64,000 nucleotides of DNA from Candidatus Obscuribacteraceae bacterium (GTDB taxonomy: Bacteria; Cyanobacteriota; Vampirovibrionia; Obscuribacterales; Obscuribacteraceae), in NCBI GenBank assembly GCA_044229845.1, contig JBGASG010000001.1, forward strand, positions 416,001 through 480,000. Direction: 5' to 3'. The notes under the pieces were generated by a model. The model saw only the letters and a list, made by a program, of their open reading frames with translations, was not told where the DNA came from and did not search any database. A program made the position numbers and the translations under genes. Of this stretch, positions 1 to 8,775 are shown piece after piece. The first letter of the stretch is position 1; every line of letters starts with the position of its first letter.

Positions 1-2
1 TG

Positions 3-353
3 CGAATTGACGAACTGAGGAGGCAACTTGGAGCAGCAGCAGGCTGGGTGACTATTTCTGTAGCCGTTATAAGAGGCAAGGATAAGGACGGAAAAGTCCG
101 TTATTTTGTTGTTGTCAGCTCAAGTGAGGGGAGAGAATCGCTGAAAAAGATTACTCTCAACCCGTGGGAAACCTTTGTGGGCAACGGACAGGGTGACGCC
201 GAACAGCAGATTGTTGGTGCGACCGCAAACCGTGGAGTAGAAGTTACTTCGATTGGAGCTACTCGGCCAATCTGTACGAAATGCCAGGGAACGATCTTGA
301 GCGCACCGCACAGTCGTTTCGTGAGGCTGGCGACGCCAACGGTACAGAACTAA
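3..353 (+). CDS. 3' end of a gene running in from outside the window; C-terminal zinc-dependent deaminase-like (polymorphic toxin tip) domain
   Basis: Frame is open from base 3 (RIDELRRQLG...). Contains D-A-E and RPICTKC, matching the (H/C/D)xE...PCxxC deaminase motifs. Confidence 0.55.
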   Translation, partial: RIDELRRQLGAAAGWVTISVAVIRGKDKDGKVRYFVVVSSSEGRESLKKITLNPWETFVGNGQGDAEQQIVGATANRGVEVTSIGATRPICTKCQGTILSAPHSRFVRLATPTVQN

Positions 354-498
354 AATCTCTTCGAGAGTATTTCTCCCACGCTATGGGACGCAGGCACGCA
401 GTGCAGGAAAGGTTTTGAGAGGAGACCCTCGGTAGAATGTGGACCGTGGAGCGTCTGTGGGAGAAGGTGTTCTCGAAGTAAGCACGACCATCGCAGAA

Positions 499-1263
499 TC
501 AGTAGCTGACGAATCCGCCGCCGGGTAGGCTGACATATCCGGACCCGCCGCTGGAGTTGCCGGCACTAAATCTGGTGCTCCAGAAACCGTCTCCGCCACC
601 GCCACCATTTCCGCCGCCACCGCCACCACTGCGAGATTGTGCTTGCGCGCTGGCGAACAAGTTGATCACGGGCGATGCATTGCCTTCGTAACCCGCATTT
701 CCACTTGCGTCAAGCCAGTAATGACCGCGCGCAATCGGCACACCGGCGAGTTGGCTGAGGACATAGACTTCGCGAGTGGTCACGTTTCTGCCGTTGATGT
801 AGATTCCGGTGGTTCCGCGTGAGGCATTGGGTGCAAGTGGTCCGAGATTGTGTCCCGGATACATAAATCCCGACGCAGCCCAGCCAATCTTGCCGTACAA
901 CCCACTCTTGGCGTCGTACCAATACTTGCCTGCGCGAGCCTTAACCTTATATAGCGCTTGCAGTTCCGCCAGCTCTGCGCGAGTCAGTGCGCGACCATTG
1001 AAGATGACGTCGGTCAATTCAAGAGAAACATCAGCAGGTGCTGGGGCCGGACGCTGTGTTGTTTCTTCCTGAACTGGTGCTGCTCCAGGGTTTTGGGTTT
1101 GTTGGTTTACCGGCGCCGGGGACGGTGCTGGGACCGGTACCGGTTGCTTGTCGACTGCTCCGGTTTCGAACTCGTCTTCGAGCGTGCCGGCGCTAACCGG
1201 CACGTTTCCTGCCAGTCCCATTCCAATCCATATAAGTGCCGCAATAATGCTTGGCTTCAACAT
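499..1263 (-). CDS. Exported hypothetical protein with a duplicated (I/F)NGR...G(K/H)YWxDxxGxxG unit and a Gly-rich tail
   Basis: N-terminal signal peptide, Pro/Gln linker, two similar units (GKYWYDAKSG, GHYWLDASG). Confidence 0.75.
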   Translation of the reverse strand: MLKPSIIAALIWIGMGLAGNVPVSAGTLEDEFETGAVDKQPVPVPAPSPAPVNQQTQNPGAAPVQEETTQRPAPAPADVSLELTDVIFNGRALTRAELAELQALYKVKARAGKYWYDAKSGLYGKIGWAASGFMYPGHNLGPLAPNASRGTTGIYINGRNVTTREVYVLSQLAGVPIARGHYWLDASGNAGYEGNASPVINLFASAQAQSRSGGGGGGNGGGGGDGFWSTRFSAGNSSGGSGYVSLPGGGFVSY

Positions 1264-1477
1264 CCATCATTACCGTATGCGTTGGGGTAAACCGAGTTTC
1301 CCTTTTCTATGGAGATCCTACACGAGAAATTCACAAGTCGTTCCGGTATCGTTCCGCGTCGCTGTTTTACATTGTGAACGTCCCCACCCCATATCCCGCA
1401 ACTACACGAAGATACGCGCCAGAGGCGCTATAGCTCCGCGCTTCGTGCATCCCAATCGATAAATAGGAAGGTTTCCA

Positions 1478-1891
1478 ATGTCAGAACACAACGTCGATCA
1501 TATTCAAATGAAGGAAAAGACGGATGGTGCCAAGATCGTAGACGCGATCGCGGCTGGGGATACAAACCGTCTGCAAGACGCGGTCAACGGATTGACCCCG
1601 GAAGAATTGAAACAAGTCTATGTCCAGATCAACCAGGAGAACGCCGCACGCCAGGCTCACGGACTCTTACCAGTTACTGTTATCGTCAACGATCAAGACC
1701 ATGACGGCAGAATTGATGTTACTGGTACGAATACCAAGACGGGTTTGACCATCGGTGCCGAAGGCAAGTCTGCGTTCCAGATGGCGATCGAGGAAGTAAT
1801 CCTCGATGACAAAAGCGCCAAGACTGCCGGAGGTGGTGTGGGTGGAAAATTCGAAGCCAGTGGCATCGGCGGTGGTGCCAAGGCTAGATAG
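1478..1891 (+). CDS. Hypothetical protein
   Basis: 137 aa ORF preceded by a GGAAGG RBS. Confidence 0.7.
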   Translation: MSEHNVDHIQMKEKTDGAKIVDAIAAGDTNRLQDAVNGLTPEELKQVYVQINQENAARQAHGLLPVTVIVNDQDHDGRIDVTGTNTKTGLTIGAEGKSAFQMAIEEVILDDKSAKTAGGGVGGKFEASGIGGGAKAR

Positions 1892-1961
1892 ATAGGTTTG
1901 GTTAGCGAGTTCGAATGCTGCGTGGTATGCGAGCCGCGCAGCTTCGTTCTTTTGCGCAGAC

Positions 1962-3518
1962 TTACCAGATATTGAGGATGGCTCGGATTGCTACGGCGGT
2001 GAATGCAACGCTGAACATGAAGAGAAGAAACTTTGTGCGCGGTCGCCCCAATTTGGCTGACAGCAACCAACAGCATGCGGCGATGATGGCGCTGCTGCCG
2101 ATCAAGATGTAGATGCTGAATCTGTTTTGACCGGAGATGATGACGCCGCTAATGTTTCCCAAAGCCGGCGGTTTGTTTCCTGTTACCAATGCTATAGGCA
2201 TCAAGTTGCCCTTGCCGTCGACGCCGAACTCAGCTACCCGATGCGAATTGCCAGATCCGGCACGTAGTTCGAAGGCCGTGCCAGGCAAACTGCCTTTCCA
2301 GAAGCTTGCCGACAAAGCTTTTTGCATCGCACTATCGAGGTTGGAGCCGGTCGATGCTATTTGGCGTGTGGCTTCGATCTTATTGGAAAAAGGATTGTAG
2401 TATGAGCCGCCGCCGCCATGATTAGCCAGAGTGAGCAGTTCGCGTGCCAGGCGGCTTTCGCGCGACGCGTTGTCCAAATAGAAATTTCCTCGACTGTCGA
2501 GGAGACCATATTCGGCTGCACGAAACCATTCATTGCGCCGCGACAATGAAGCCCACCAGATTTGTGGCATATTGGTCAGGCTGTCGATGAGCAGCGGTAC
2601 TTCTTTAACTGTTTTCGGAGTTTTGATTTCTGCTGTGTTGTCAAAGTCTGTCAGCACGTGGATCGGATTATGGAGAGCTGTGTAATCTCTCCGTGAGTGC
2701 GTCGTTGCGGAGGTCGGCAACTGCGCGTTGTCCAGAATTGCACCGGAGTTATTTGCGACGCTCTCAGTCATTTGCGAGTTGGACGGTTTTCCCTTCGTCA
2801 GAGTGTTGATCTGGTCACGCACGCTGACACCGCGAGTAGTGGCGGTGGTGAATACCAGCCAACACGTTCCTGCCATGATGACCAGCAAGACAAACGGCAT
2901 AGCCGCCCACGTTGCGTCGAAACAAACCCGCACGAATCCGCTCAACACGTCCTTCTTCAGTCGGCTCGCTTTCTTCTTGCGTTCAAGTTGATCCAGCACG
3001 CCATCACGTAGCTTGTCCAGTTTCTTCTTGTCGATCTCGACGGTGCTGCGATCAACATTGGCGCCGGCGTTTTCATTAAGGCGCATTTCTGCGGACAAGA
3101 GGAGAGTGGAGCGCCAGCGATTTTGATAATCGGCTTCGCTATCCGTTTCCAAGATTGAGAGCGCGCCGATTGTTCGTTCAATCTTGAAGAGCAGATTCAT
3201 GCAGCCTTCGCTGGTTCGTTCTTCAAATCTGGAACGCGCCGTCAGGCATTGCTCATAGCGGTTGAGCGCCTCCGGCAACTCACGCTTGCCGACCAACACG
3301 TCGGACTGCAACTCGAAGCACTCTGCTCGCAACGACTGTGCTTCGGGAGACCGATCTGGTGCCAGCAGACCCAATACTTTCTTGGCTAGTTCCTCAGCGG
3401 CATCGTAATCATGAGTTTGGCACTTTTCGCGACCTCGGCGCAGTGATGCGCGAGCGAGGTCTTGCATGGAATTCGATTCGGATGGCGTTTCTTTGACGCT
3501 GGCGCTGGTGTCACTCAC
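1962..3518 (-). CDS. Membrane protein with N-terminal TPR-like helices
   Basis: TPR-like N-terminus, one central and two C-terminal TM segments; start overlaps the stop of the upstream gene. Confidence 0.75.
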   Translation of the reverse strand: MSDTSASVKETPSESNSMQDLARASLRRGREKCQTHDYDAAEELAKKVLGLLAPDRSPEAQSLRAECFELQSDVLVGKRELPEALNRYEQCLTARSRFEERTSEGCMNLLFKIERTIGALSILETDSEADYQNRWRSTLLLSAEMRLNENAGANVDRSTVEIDKKKLDKLRDGVLDQLERKKKASRLKKDVLSGFVRVCFDATWAAMPFVLLVIMAGTCWLVFTTATTRGVSVRDQINTLTKGKPSNSQMTESVANNSGAILDNAQLPTSATTHSRRDYTALHNPIHVLTDFDNTAEIKTPKTVKEVPLLIDSLTNMPQIWWASLSRRNEWFRAAEYGLLDSRGNFYLDNASRESRLARELLTLANHGGGGSYYNPFSNKIEATRQIASTGSNLDSAMQKALSASFWKGSLPGTAFELRAGSGNSHRVAEFGVDGKGNLMPIALVTGNKPPALGNISGVIISGQNRFSIYILIGSSAIIAACCWLLSAKLGRPRTKFLLFMFSVAFTAVAIRAILNIW

Positions 3519-4449
3519 GTGCTTCCAATCCTATGCGTCTGAAGATCTCTTCCATGGGCTCATCGGAGCGCAACGCCATTGTGCCGCTCTGCCAGTTGAG
3601 GATGCCGTCGTTCACCAGCTTTTGCACTTCCAGTCCGCGTTCGATCGTTTCGTTGTTCACCAACCCTTCTTCAACCAGAATCTGTCCGAAACGCCGTCCC
3701 TGAATACGCCCCTGCTCAACTGCTTTCAGAAGCTGTTTCGCGGTGATCAAATCGGCGCCCAGCAGCAGTGAGCCGAGCATGGTCATCAGCGGCTTGATGT
3801 CACGCTCCTGGCGGGTTGCCGCGATGGCGTCATCGAGACTCTCGTTACTCGCATAGACGCGCTTCAGAGCAGGAACTGCCACTTCCCATGGCAGCGAATC
3901 AGTCATCAACAAATTCTCGACTGTCAAACATGTGTCCGCGAGTTGTTCGGTGATCGCTCGCCGTTCGATCAACGCGTTCATGATCGGCAGACCGTGCGGA
4001 CAGCAAAGTGTGTAGAGTTGCTCGCAGTCCGCCTTGGTAATGATCTCCGCAGAAACAAGCAGCTTCGTCAGCGTACGGGTGTGTTCGAAATAGCTGAGGT
4101 TCCAATCCGTCTTCGACAGGGCTTCTTCAAAATTGATGTTGTCGCGCATCACTATCCGCAACGCGCGCACGGCGGTGTCCACCGGCAGCAGCATGTCGTT
4201 CATGAGCACCAGGCTCAATATTGATGCGCGAATTAATTTGGGGTCGATCGCACCAGAGCGATAGAGAAACTCGCCCGCCGTGGTACCGTGCTCCGACGCA
4301 TAGAGAGAAAGCGGCGCCAGGTGGTCAGGATCGAGCAGCTGGGCGCGCAGCAATATATCGCAAATCGAGGCGAACTTGGCAAACATAACCCTGATATGCC
4401 CAGCTTGGTCCGCCCATATGCAAATAGATGGCTCGTTGGGACGAGCCAT
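3511..4449 (-). CDS. Protein built of MshEN-like (PilB/GspE N-terminal type) repeats
   Basis: LGSLLLGADLITAKQL...RRFGQILVEEGLVNNETIERGLEVQ resembles the RLGxxLxxxGxxxxxxLxxxLxxQ motif; more degenerate copies lie upstream. Confidence 0.7.
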   Translation of the reverse strand: MARPNEPSICIWADQAGHIRVMFAKFASICDILLRAQLLDPDHLAPLSLYASEHGTTAGEFLYRSGAIDPKLIRASILSLVLMNDMLLPVDTAVRALRIVMRDNINFEEALSKTDWNLSYFEHTRTLTKLLVSAEIITKADCEQLYTLCCPHGLPIMNALIERRAITEQLADTCLTVENLLMTDSLPWEVAVPALKRVYASNESLDDAIAATRQERDIKPLMTMLGSLLLGADLITAKQLLKAVEQGRIQGRRFGQILVEEGLVNNETIERGLEVQKLVNDGILNWQSGTMALRSDEPMEEIFRRIGLEARE

Positions 4450-4497
4450 CTATCGCTGGTTCAGGTTTTAGGAGGAGGAGAAGAAAAAGTTTCTGGA

Positions 4498-5292
4498 CTA
4501 GATGGACAGTCCGCCGTCGACGTTGATCGTCTGTCCGGTGATCCAACCGGCTTCGTCTGTTGCAACGAAGGCGACGACGTTGGCGATGTCATCTGATTCG
4601 CCGAGGCGGCCCAGCGGCGTCTTGGCGATCATCTGCTGTTTGACGTTTTCGTCGAGCGCCTGCAGAAGCATTTCGGTGGCGGTGGTGCCCGGTGCGACTG
4701 CGTTGACGGTGATTTTGCGCGCTCCCAGTTCGTTGCCCCAGATGCGAGTCAAAGTTTCGAGCGCCGACTTCGCGGCGGAGTAGACGCTGGCACCAGGCAT
4801 GGTGGCTTTGGCTGCTCCCGAGGAGATATTGATGATGCGTCCGCCTTCCTGAATGTGCGGCAGAGCAGCGATGGTTGTGGCTACCACTCCTTTGAGGTTG
4901 ACGTTGAAAACGCGGTCGTAGTGCGCTAAGTCGATTTGTTCAAGCGGCTTCGCTTCCCAGATGGCGGCGTTGTTGACGAGAATGTCGATTTTGCCGAATT
5001 CTTTGACGACCTGTTCGACGAGTTGGCGCGCTTCATTTTCGACGGCAACGTTGGCTTTGAATGTCTTGGCGGTGGTTCCGAGTTCGGCGATCGATGCGGC
5101 GACATCCTCTGCGGCATCCTTACTATTTGAGTAGTTGACTGCGATGATTGCGCCTTCGGCGGCCAGTTTGCGCGCAATCGCGGCGCCGATGCCGCGCGAG
5201 CTGCCCGTCACGAGGGCGACTTTGCCTTGCAATTTCTGGGTGTTGGTCTTGTTGGGTAGTGTTTGTGTAGCGGTCATGTTGATGGGCTCCAT
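4498..5292 (-). CDS. Short-chain dehydrogenase/reductase (FabG-like)
   Basis: TGSSRGIG, NNA, YSAAK catalytic motif, GQTINVDGG. Confidence 0.95.
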   Translation of the reverse strand: MEPINMTATQTLPNKTNTQKLQGKVALVTGSSRGIGAAIARKLAAEGAIIAVNYSNSKDAAEDVAASIAELGTTAKTFKANVAVENEARQLVEQVVKEFGKIDILVNNAAIWEAKPLEQIDLAHYDRVFNVNLKGVVATTIAALPHIQEGGRIINISSGAAKATMPGASVYSAAKSALETLTRIWGNELGARKITVNAVAPGTTATEMLLQALDENVKQQMIAKTPLGRLGESDDIANVVAFVATDEAGWITGQTINVDGGLSI

Positions 5293-5502
5293 TCTTTGTG
5301 TTGGTGTTGTCTTCGCGTTTAAAGCTTGTTCTTCAGCCGAGAAATCTGGCTTGCTGGTGGCGGATTAGTGTGCGGTCGGGCGTCACAATCTCTGCTAGCG
5401 GCAGAGCCGTGTGTGGAGTCTGTGTCAGTCCGTAGAGAACGGTCATCAGCGAGAGGAATGCGTTGCTGACCTTGGATGCGTTGCGAGTGCACCGCTTTAT
5501 AA

Positions 5503-5517
5503 TAGACCGGTCATCTA
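5503..5517 (-). promoter_or_regulatory. Second, degenerate TetR-type operator next to a TATTAT -10-like hexamer
   Basis: TAGACCGGTCATCTA, a one-base-shorter copy of the 5703 box. Confidence 0.45.
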
Positions 5518-5698
5518 CGCATGCCCACCAAAAAAGACCGTAGGAGAGGGCTGTATTGGTGGATGTGTTTGATGTTTCGGGTTGGTGCAGTTCCATATGC
5601 GAGTGCCTTGGCTGCAATAACTGCCTGGGGCGCGTATCGATGAGTTCGGCTATTGCGTTCATTGGGCTGTCCCTTCGGAGGTGGGAGTCGATGCATTC

Positions 5699-5728
5699 AT
5701 AGTAGACCGGTCGGTCTAATTTGGTCAA
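5699..5728 (-). promoter_or_regulatory. Sigma70-like promoter (TTGACC-N18-TACTAT) overlapped by the palindrome TAGACC-N4-GGTCTA at 5703-5718 (NemR/TetR-type operator)
   Basis: Perfect 6-4-6 palindrome covering the spacer and -10, upstream of the SDR gene. Confidence 0.7.
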
Positions 5729-5830
5729 GCACCCCATAAAAGTTTCTTGCAAACACCCAGAGCTAGCTCCAGTGCGGAAGAAACCTCGCAAGCCGCCGGC
5801 GAAGTCCCAGTCTGAAGCCGCACAAGAGCT

Positions 5831-5856
5831 TCTTGGCAACAACACTTCTGTTGAAA
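5831..5856. repeat. Copy of the dispersed intergenic repeat also seen at 60515-60540
   Basis: TCTTGGCAACAACACTTCTGTTGAAA matches the reverse complement of 60515-60540 at 23 of 26 positions. Confidence 0.6.
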
Positions 5857-5937
5857 CCTCCTAAGGGACGATCAGGCACCCTCCCCGAACTTGCGGCGGG
5901 CGCGAATAGTCTGATACCGTCCCTGGTGCGCGCGCAC

Positions 5938-6480
5938 TTATGGTTGAAGCTGCGCACGCAGTTTCTCCCTAATGGTTTCCAGAATGTAGGTGAGTGGTAG
6001 AGCACCAGGTTCTGCTTCTCCGTCGGCAGCGAATTTCTCTACTTGTATATAGTGCCGATCGAGTAAGCGCCGGCGCTCCTCTTCTGTCTGTGCCGGCAAG
6101 TGAAACCCGAGCCAAAAGAACTTTTCCATCGTGCCGCGAGCGTGCGGTTCATTGTCGTCGAGCAACACGAAGACCTCAGGACACTGCACCTGCCTGTCAT
6201 AATCCAGCCCGCACACATTGTGGAACATCGACAACAAGCCAATCGCCCGCAGCGCATCGCGCTGAAAAGAAGTCTTGCCCAACGTCAGGCATACCAACTG
6301 ATAGTCACGCGAGAGCTCGGTCACCAGTTCTTTCGCACCGGGACGCAGCAGCGTCGCCGCATTGAATATCCCATGACGAAAGCGGGCGCGCCCTTCGGGA
6401 GCCTGCCGCTCCCACCACTTCAAAAACGTGGTGTGCGCGAGCGTGTGGTCGAAATCGATAAAGACGGTGGCACGGTTCAC
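5938..6480 (-). CDS. HAD-superfamily hydrolase/phosphatase (start uncertain; ORF extends to 6603)
   Basis: Motif I IDFDHTL, LRPG, and motif IV LLDD. Confidence 0.75.
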   Translation of the reverse strand: MNRATVFIDFDHTLAHTTFLKWWERQAPEGRARFRHGIFNAATLLRPGAKELVTELSRDYQLVCLTLGKTSFQRDALRAIGLLSMFHNVCGLDYDRQVQCPEVFVLLDDNEPHARGTMEKFFWLGFHLPAQTEEERRRLLDRHYIQVEKFAADGEAEPGALPLTYILETIREKLRAQLQP

Positions 6481-6663
6481 GTCACCATTTTGATTGATTT
6501 GCGCCGAATGCTCCAGTTTCTTCAAGCGCTCGCAAACTTCGACTTTAGGATGTTCGCAAGAGGATAGAATGAAGTGACATGAAACCCCGGAACCTTCCCG
6601 CATGACGTTTTACTGGTACTTTGAATCCTGCTCCGAACGCAAGTTCCAACTCGGGAGCCCCCG

Positions 6664-7902
6664 ATGAGTTGGATCAGCAAGTTCTTGGGCTTGAAACCGA
6701 GCGTCGAAGAGTTCGTAGAGATCGCCAAGTCATCGCTGGCAGCGACGTCGGAACCAGGTCAAACAATCAGCTATAACAAAGACCAGTTTACGCTTACGGT
6801 GCACCGAGCGGACGGGACTGTGGCGCAGGTGTTTCATCTGCACAATGCTTATGACGAGTACTGTGCCTCGCCGCGCGCCAATCGCCCGAACGTGCTGGAA
6901 TCCTACCTGCATCCCATGCAGGAGTTGCCGGATACGCTTGCCGAAGCCATGCCGAATATTTTGCCGCGTGTGCAGCGTCGCAGTTTCTATGTAGACATGC
7001 CGATGTTGGCCGGTCTGAATGTGATTACCGGCCCTTCTGAGCCGGACATGCTGCACATGCCGTTTCGCGTGCTTGCCGAACATTATGCGGTGGGCCTGAT
7101 TTACGACACTCCTAAACAGATTCTGCAGATCAGCCAGCACCATTGCGGACTGTGGAAGTCCGATCTGGATTCGATCTATCCGCAAGCGATGAAGAATCTG
7201 GAGAACCTGACGCCGAATCCTTTTGTACAAGTGCACGACGGTGTGTACATAGCCGGCTATGCCGACACGCACGACGCCACCAGAATGCTGCTCATCGATC
7301 GCATCAAAGAATGCAAATTGATCGGGCGTCCGGTCGCTATGGTGCCCAACCGCAACACGCTGATCATCACCGGCGAAAGCGATCCGGACGGCATCGAATT
7401 GATGCTCAGTCTCACCGAAGACGCGCTCAAGGAGCCGCGCCCTATGCTGGCGATACCTATGGTGCTGCTCGACAGCGAGTGGCGCGAGTTGGTGTTGCGC
7501 CCCGATCATCCGCATCGGCACATATTTGAGGAACTGCGTATCTCGTCCCTGGCGGACATTTATGCTGGACAGAAAGAACTGCTGGAACGCCAGCACGAAA
7601 AGGACAACATCGATATCTTTGTGGCGTCCTACAAAGCCGTGCAGAAAGCAGACACTAAGGAAATCGCGTCATTCGCCGCGTGGACTGAAGGTGTGACGAC
7701 ACTTTTGCCGAAGACGAACCTGTTGACCTTTGTGCGGGTCGAGGGCGACCAGGGCGATGTGGTCTGCTCGGTGGAGTGGGACTGGGCTCAGAAAGTTGTG
7801 GGTTCGTTGATGAAACCACAGGGCATTTACCCTGAGCGCTGGCTGGTGGACTCGTTCCCGAATGCCGCGCAGATTGAGGAATTGAAGCGCTACGCCAAGT
7901 AG
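6664..7902 (+). CDS. Hypothetical protein, DUF1444/YtpQ-like
   Basis: 412 aa; LIYDTP...AMKNL, DTHDATRMLL and VAMVPNRNTLIITG resemble this family. Confidence 0.6.
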   Translation: MSWISKFLGLKPSVEEFVEIAKSSLAATSEPGQTISYNKDQFTLTVHRADGTVAQVFHLHNAYDEYCASPRANRPNVLESYLHPMQELPDTLAEAMPNILPRVQRRSFYVDMPMLAGLNVITGPSEPDMLHMPFRVLAEHYAVGLIYDTPKQILQISQHHCGLWKSDLDSIYPQAMKNLENLTPNPFVQVHDGVYIAGYADTHDATRMLLIDRIKECKLIGRPVAMVPNRNTLIITGESDPDGIELMLSLTEDALKEPRPMLAIPMVLLDSEWRELVLRPDHPHRHIFEELRISSLADIYAGQKELLERQHEKDNIDIFVASYKAVQKADTKEIASFAAWTEGVTTLLPKTNLLTFVRVEGDQGDVVCSVEWDWAQKVVGSLMKPQGIYPERWLVDSFPNAAQIEELKRYAK

Positions 7903-7906
7903 AGCA

Positions 7907-8137
7907 CTATTCCATACGAGTGTTCTTCGTAGTTTTCGGCGAAGTGTCCTCAGTCAGTCCGGACAATTCGAGAGTGCCGAACGTCTCGTTGATGCTTGCG
8001 ACATCGAACTTGCGCCATGTATCGCGCTCTGGACAGTCTGACGGCTTGCTGACGATGGGACCGCCTGTCCAGCATTGATAAAGAATGGACAGTTCATTTA
8101 CAGAGTTTGGTTTTTCGCCCGAGTGTCTGATTTCCAT
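7907..8137 (-). CDS. Small hypothetical protein (76 aa, MEIRHSGEK...)
   Basis: GAGG RBS upstream of the ATG at 8137; convergent with the previous gene. Confidence 0.45.
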   Translation of the reverse strand: MEIRHSGEKPNSVNELSILYQCWTGGPIVSKPSDCPERDTWRKFDVASINETFGTLELSGLTEDTSPKTTKNTRME

Positions 8138-8454
8138 TTGGTGAGTCCTCACTGGTGGTGGGTGGCGAACGAGGATTTGATGCTCCAACACTAGCCGCCG
8201 CAGATAACATGAACGTGACAGACCACACAACCGTAGACATCGAGTCGTGTGTGTTGCAGGATCAGCACATTTTCGGGACTTGCGTGCGCAGTTTTCGAGT
8301 TTGAGCCCCGGTTTTAATGTCAAAGTGCTCACAGACTTGCTCGAAATGTGCTCATTACGCAACTCCTAGAACATGCGCCTCATCTGCTGGTTCAGGCGGA
8401 GCACGGCTGGGCACATTTTCGTTATCAGGTCTCGCCCCCGAACAGGTGGAATGT

Positions 8455-8775
8455 ATGGACGACGAGAGATATTTTGCGGGATGCGCATTGCAAGCTTTGA
8501 TCGCGCTCAATCATGGTGACTCGCCTGAGAAGATCGCGAAACAGGCCGTAGCCTATGCGATTGCGATGAAACAAGAACTGGATGCGCGCCGCGGTGGCAG
8601 CCCGTCTCCGTTCGCCGGCGCCCCGGCTCCTGTCGCCAAAGCCGCCGTCTCGGAAGAACCGAATCCGTTTGCGAAGCCGGCTTTGAAGCCCACCGAGCCT
8701 AAGAAATTGACGGAGACGGAGATGGCGAAGGACGCGCTCCTCGAAGAGTACCGCAAGAACAACCCGCGCCGTTAA
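8455..8775 (+). CDS. Small protein with an 'RYFAGCALQAL...AKQAVAYAIAM' motif
   Basis: AGGTGG RBS before the ATG at 8455; 106 aa. Confidence 0.7.
   Translation: MDDERYFAGCALQALIALNHGDSPEKIAKQAVAYAIAMKQELDARRGGSPSPFAGAPAPVAKAAVSEEPNPFAKPALKPTEPKKLTETEMAKDALLEEYRKNNPRR

Noticed and set aside
5333..5845. 170 aa ORF upstream of the SDR
   Set aside because: It runs through promoter, operator and repeat sequences and has no recognisable motif. At most a shorter ORF from 5662, which is unsupported.
7907..8362. 151 aa ORF as a small WYL-like protein (YQ...WRKFDV)
   Set aside because: The upstream part lacks WYL features, and the RBS supports a 76 aa product starting at 8137.
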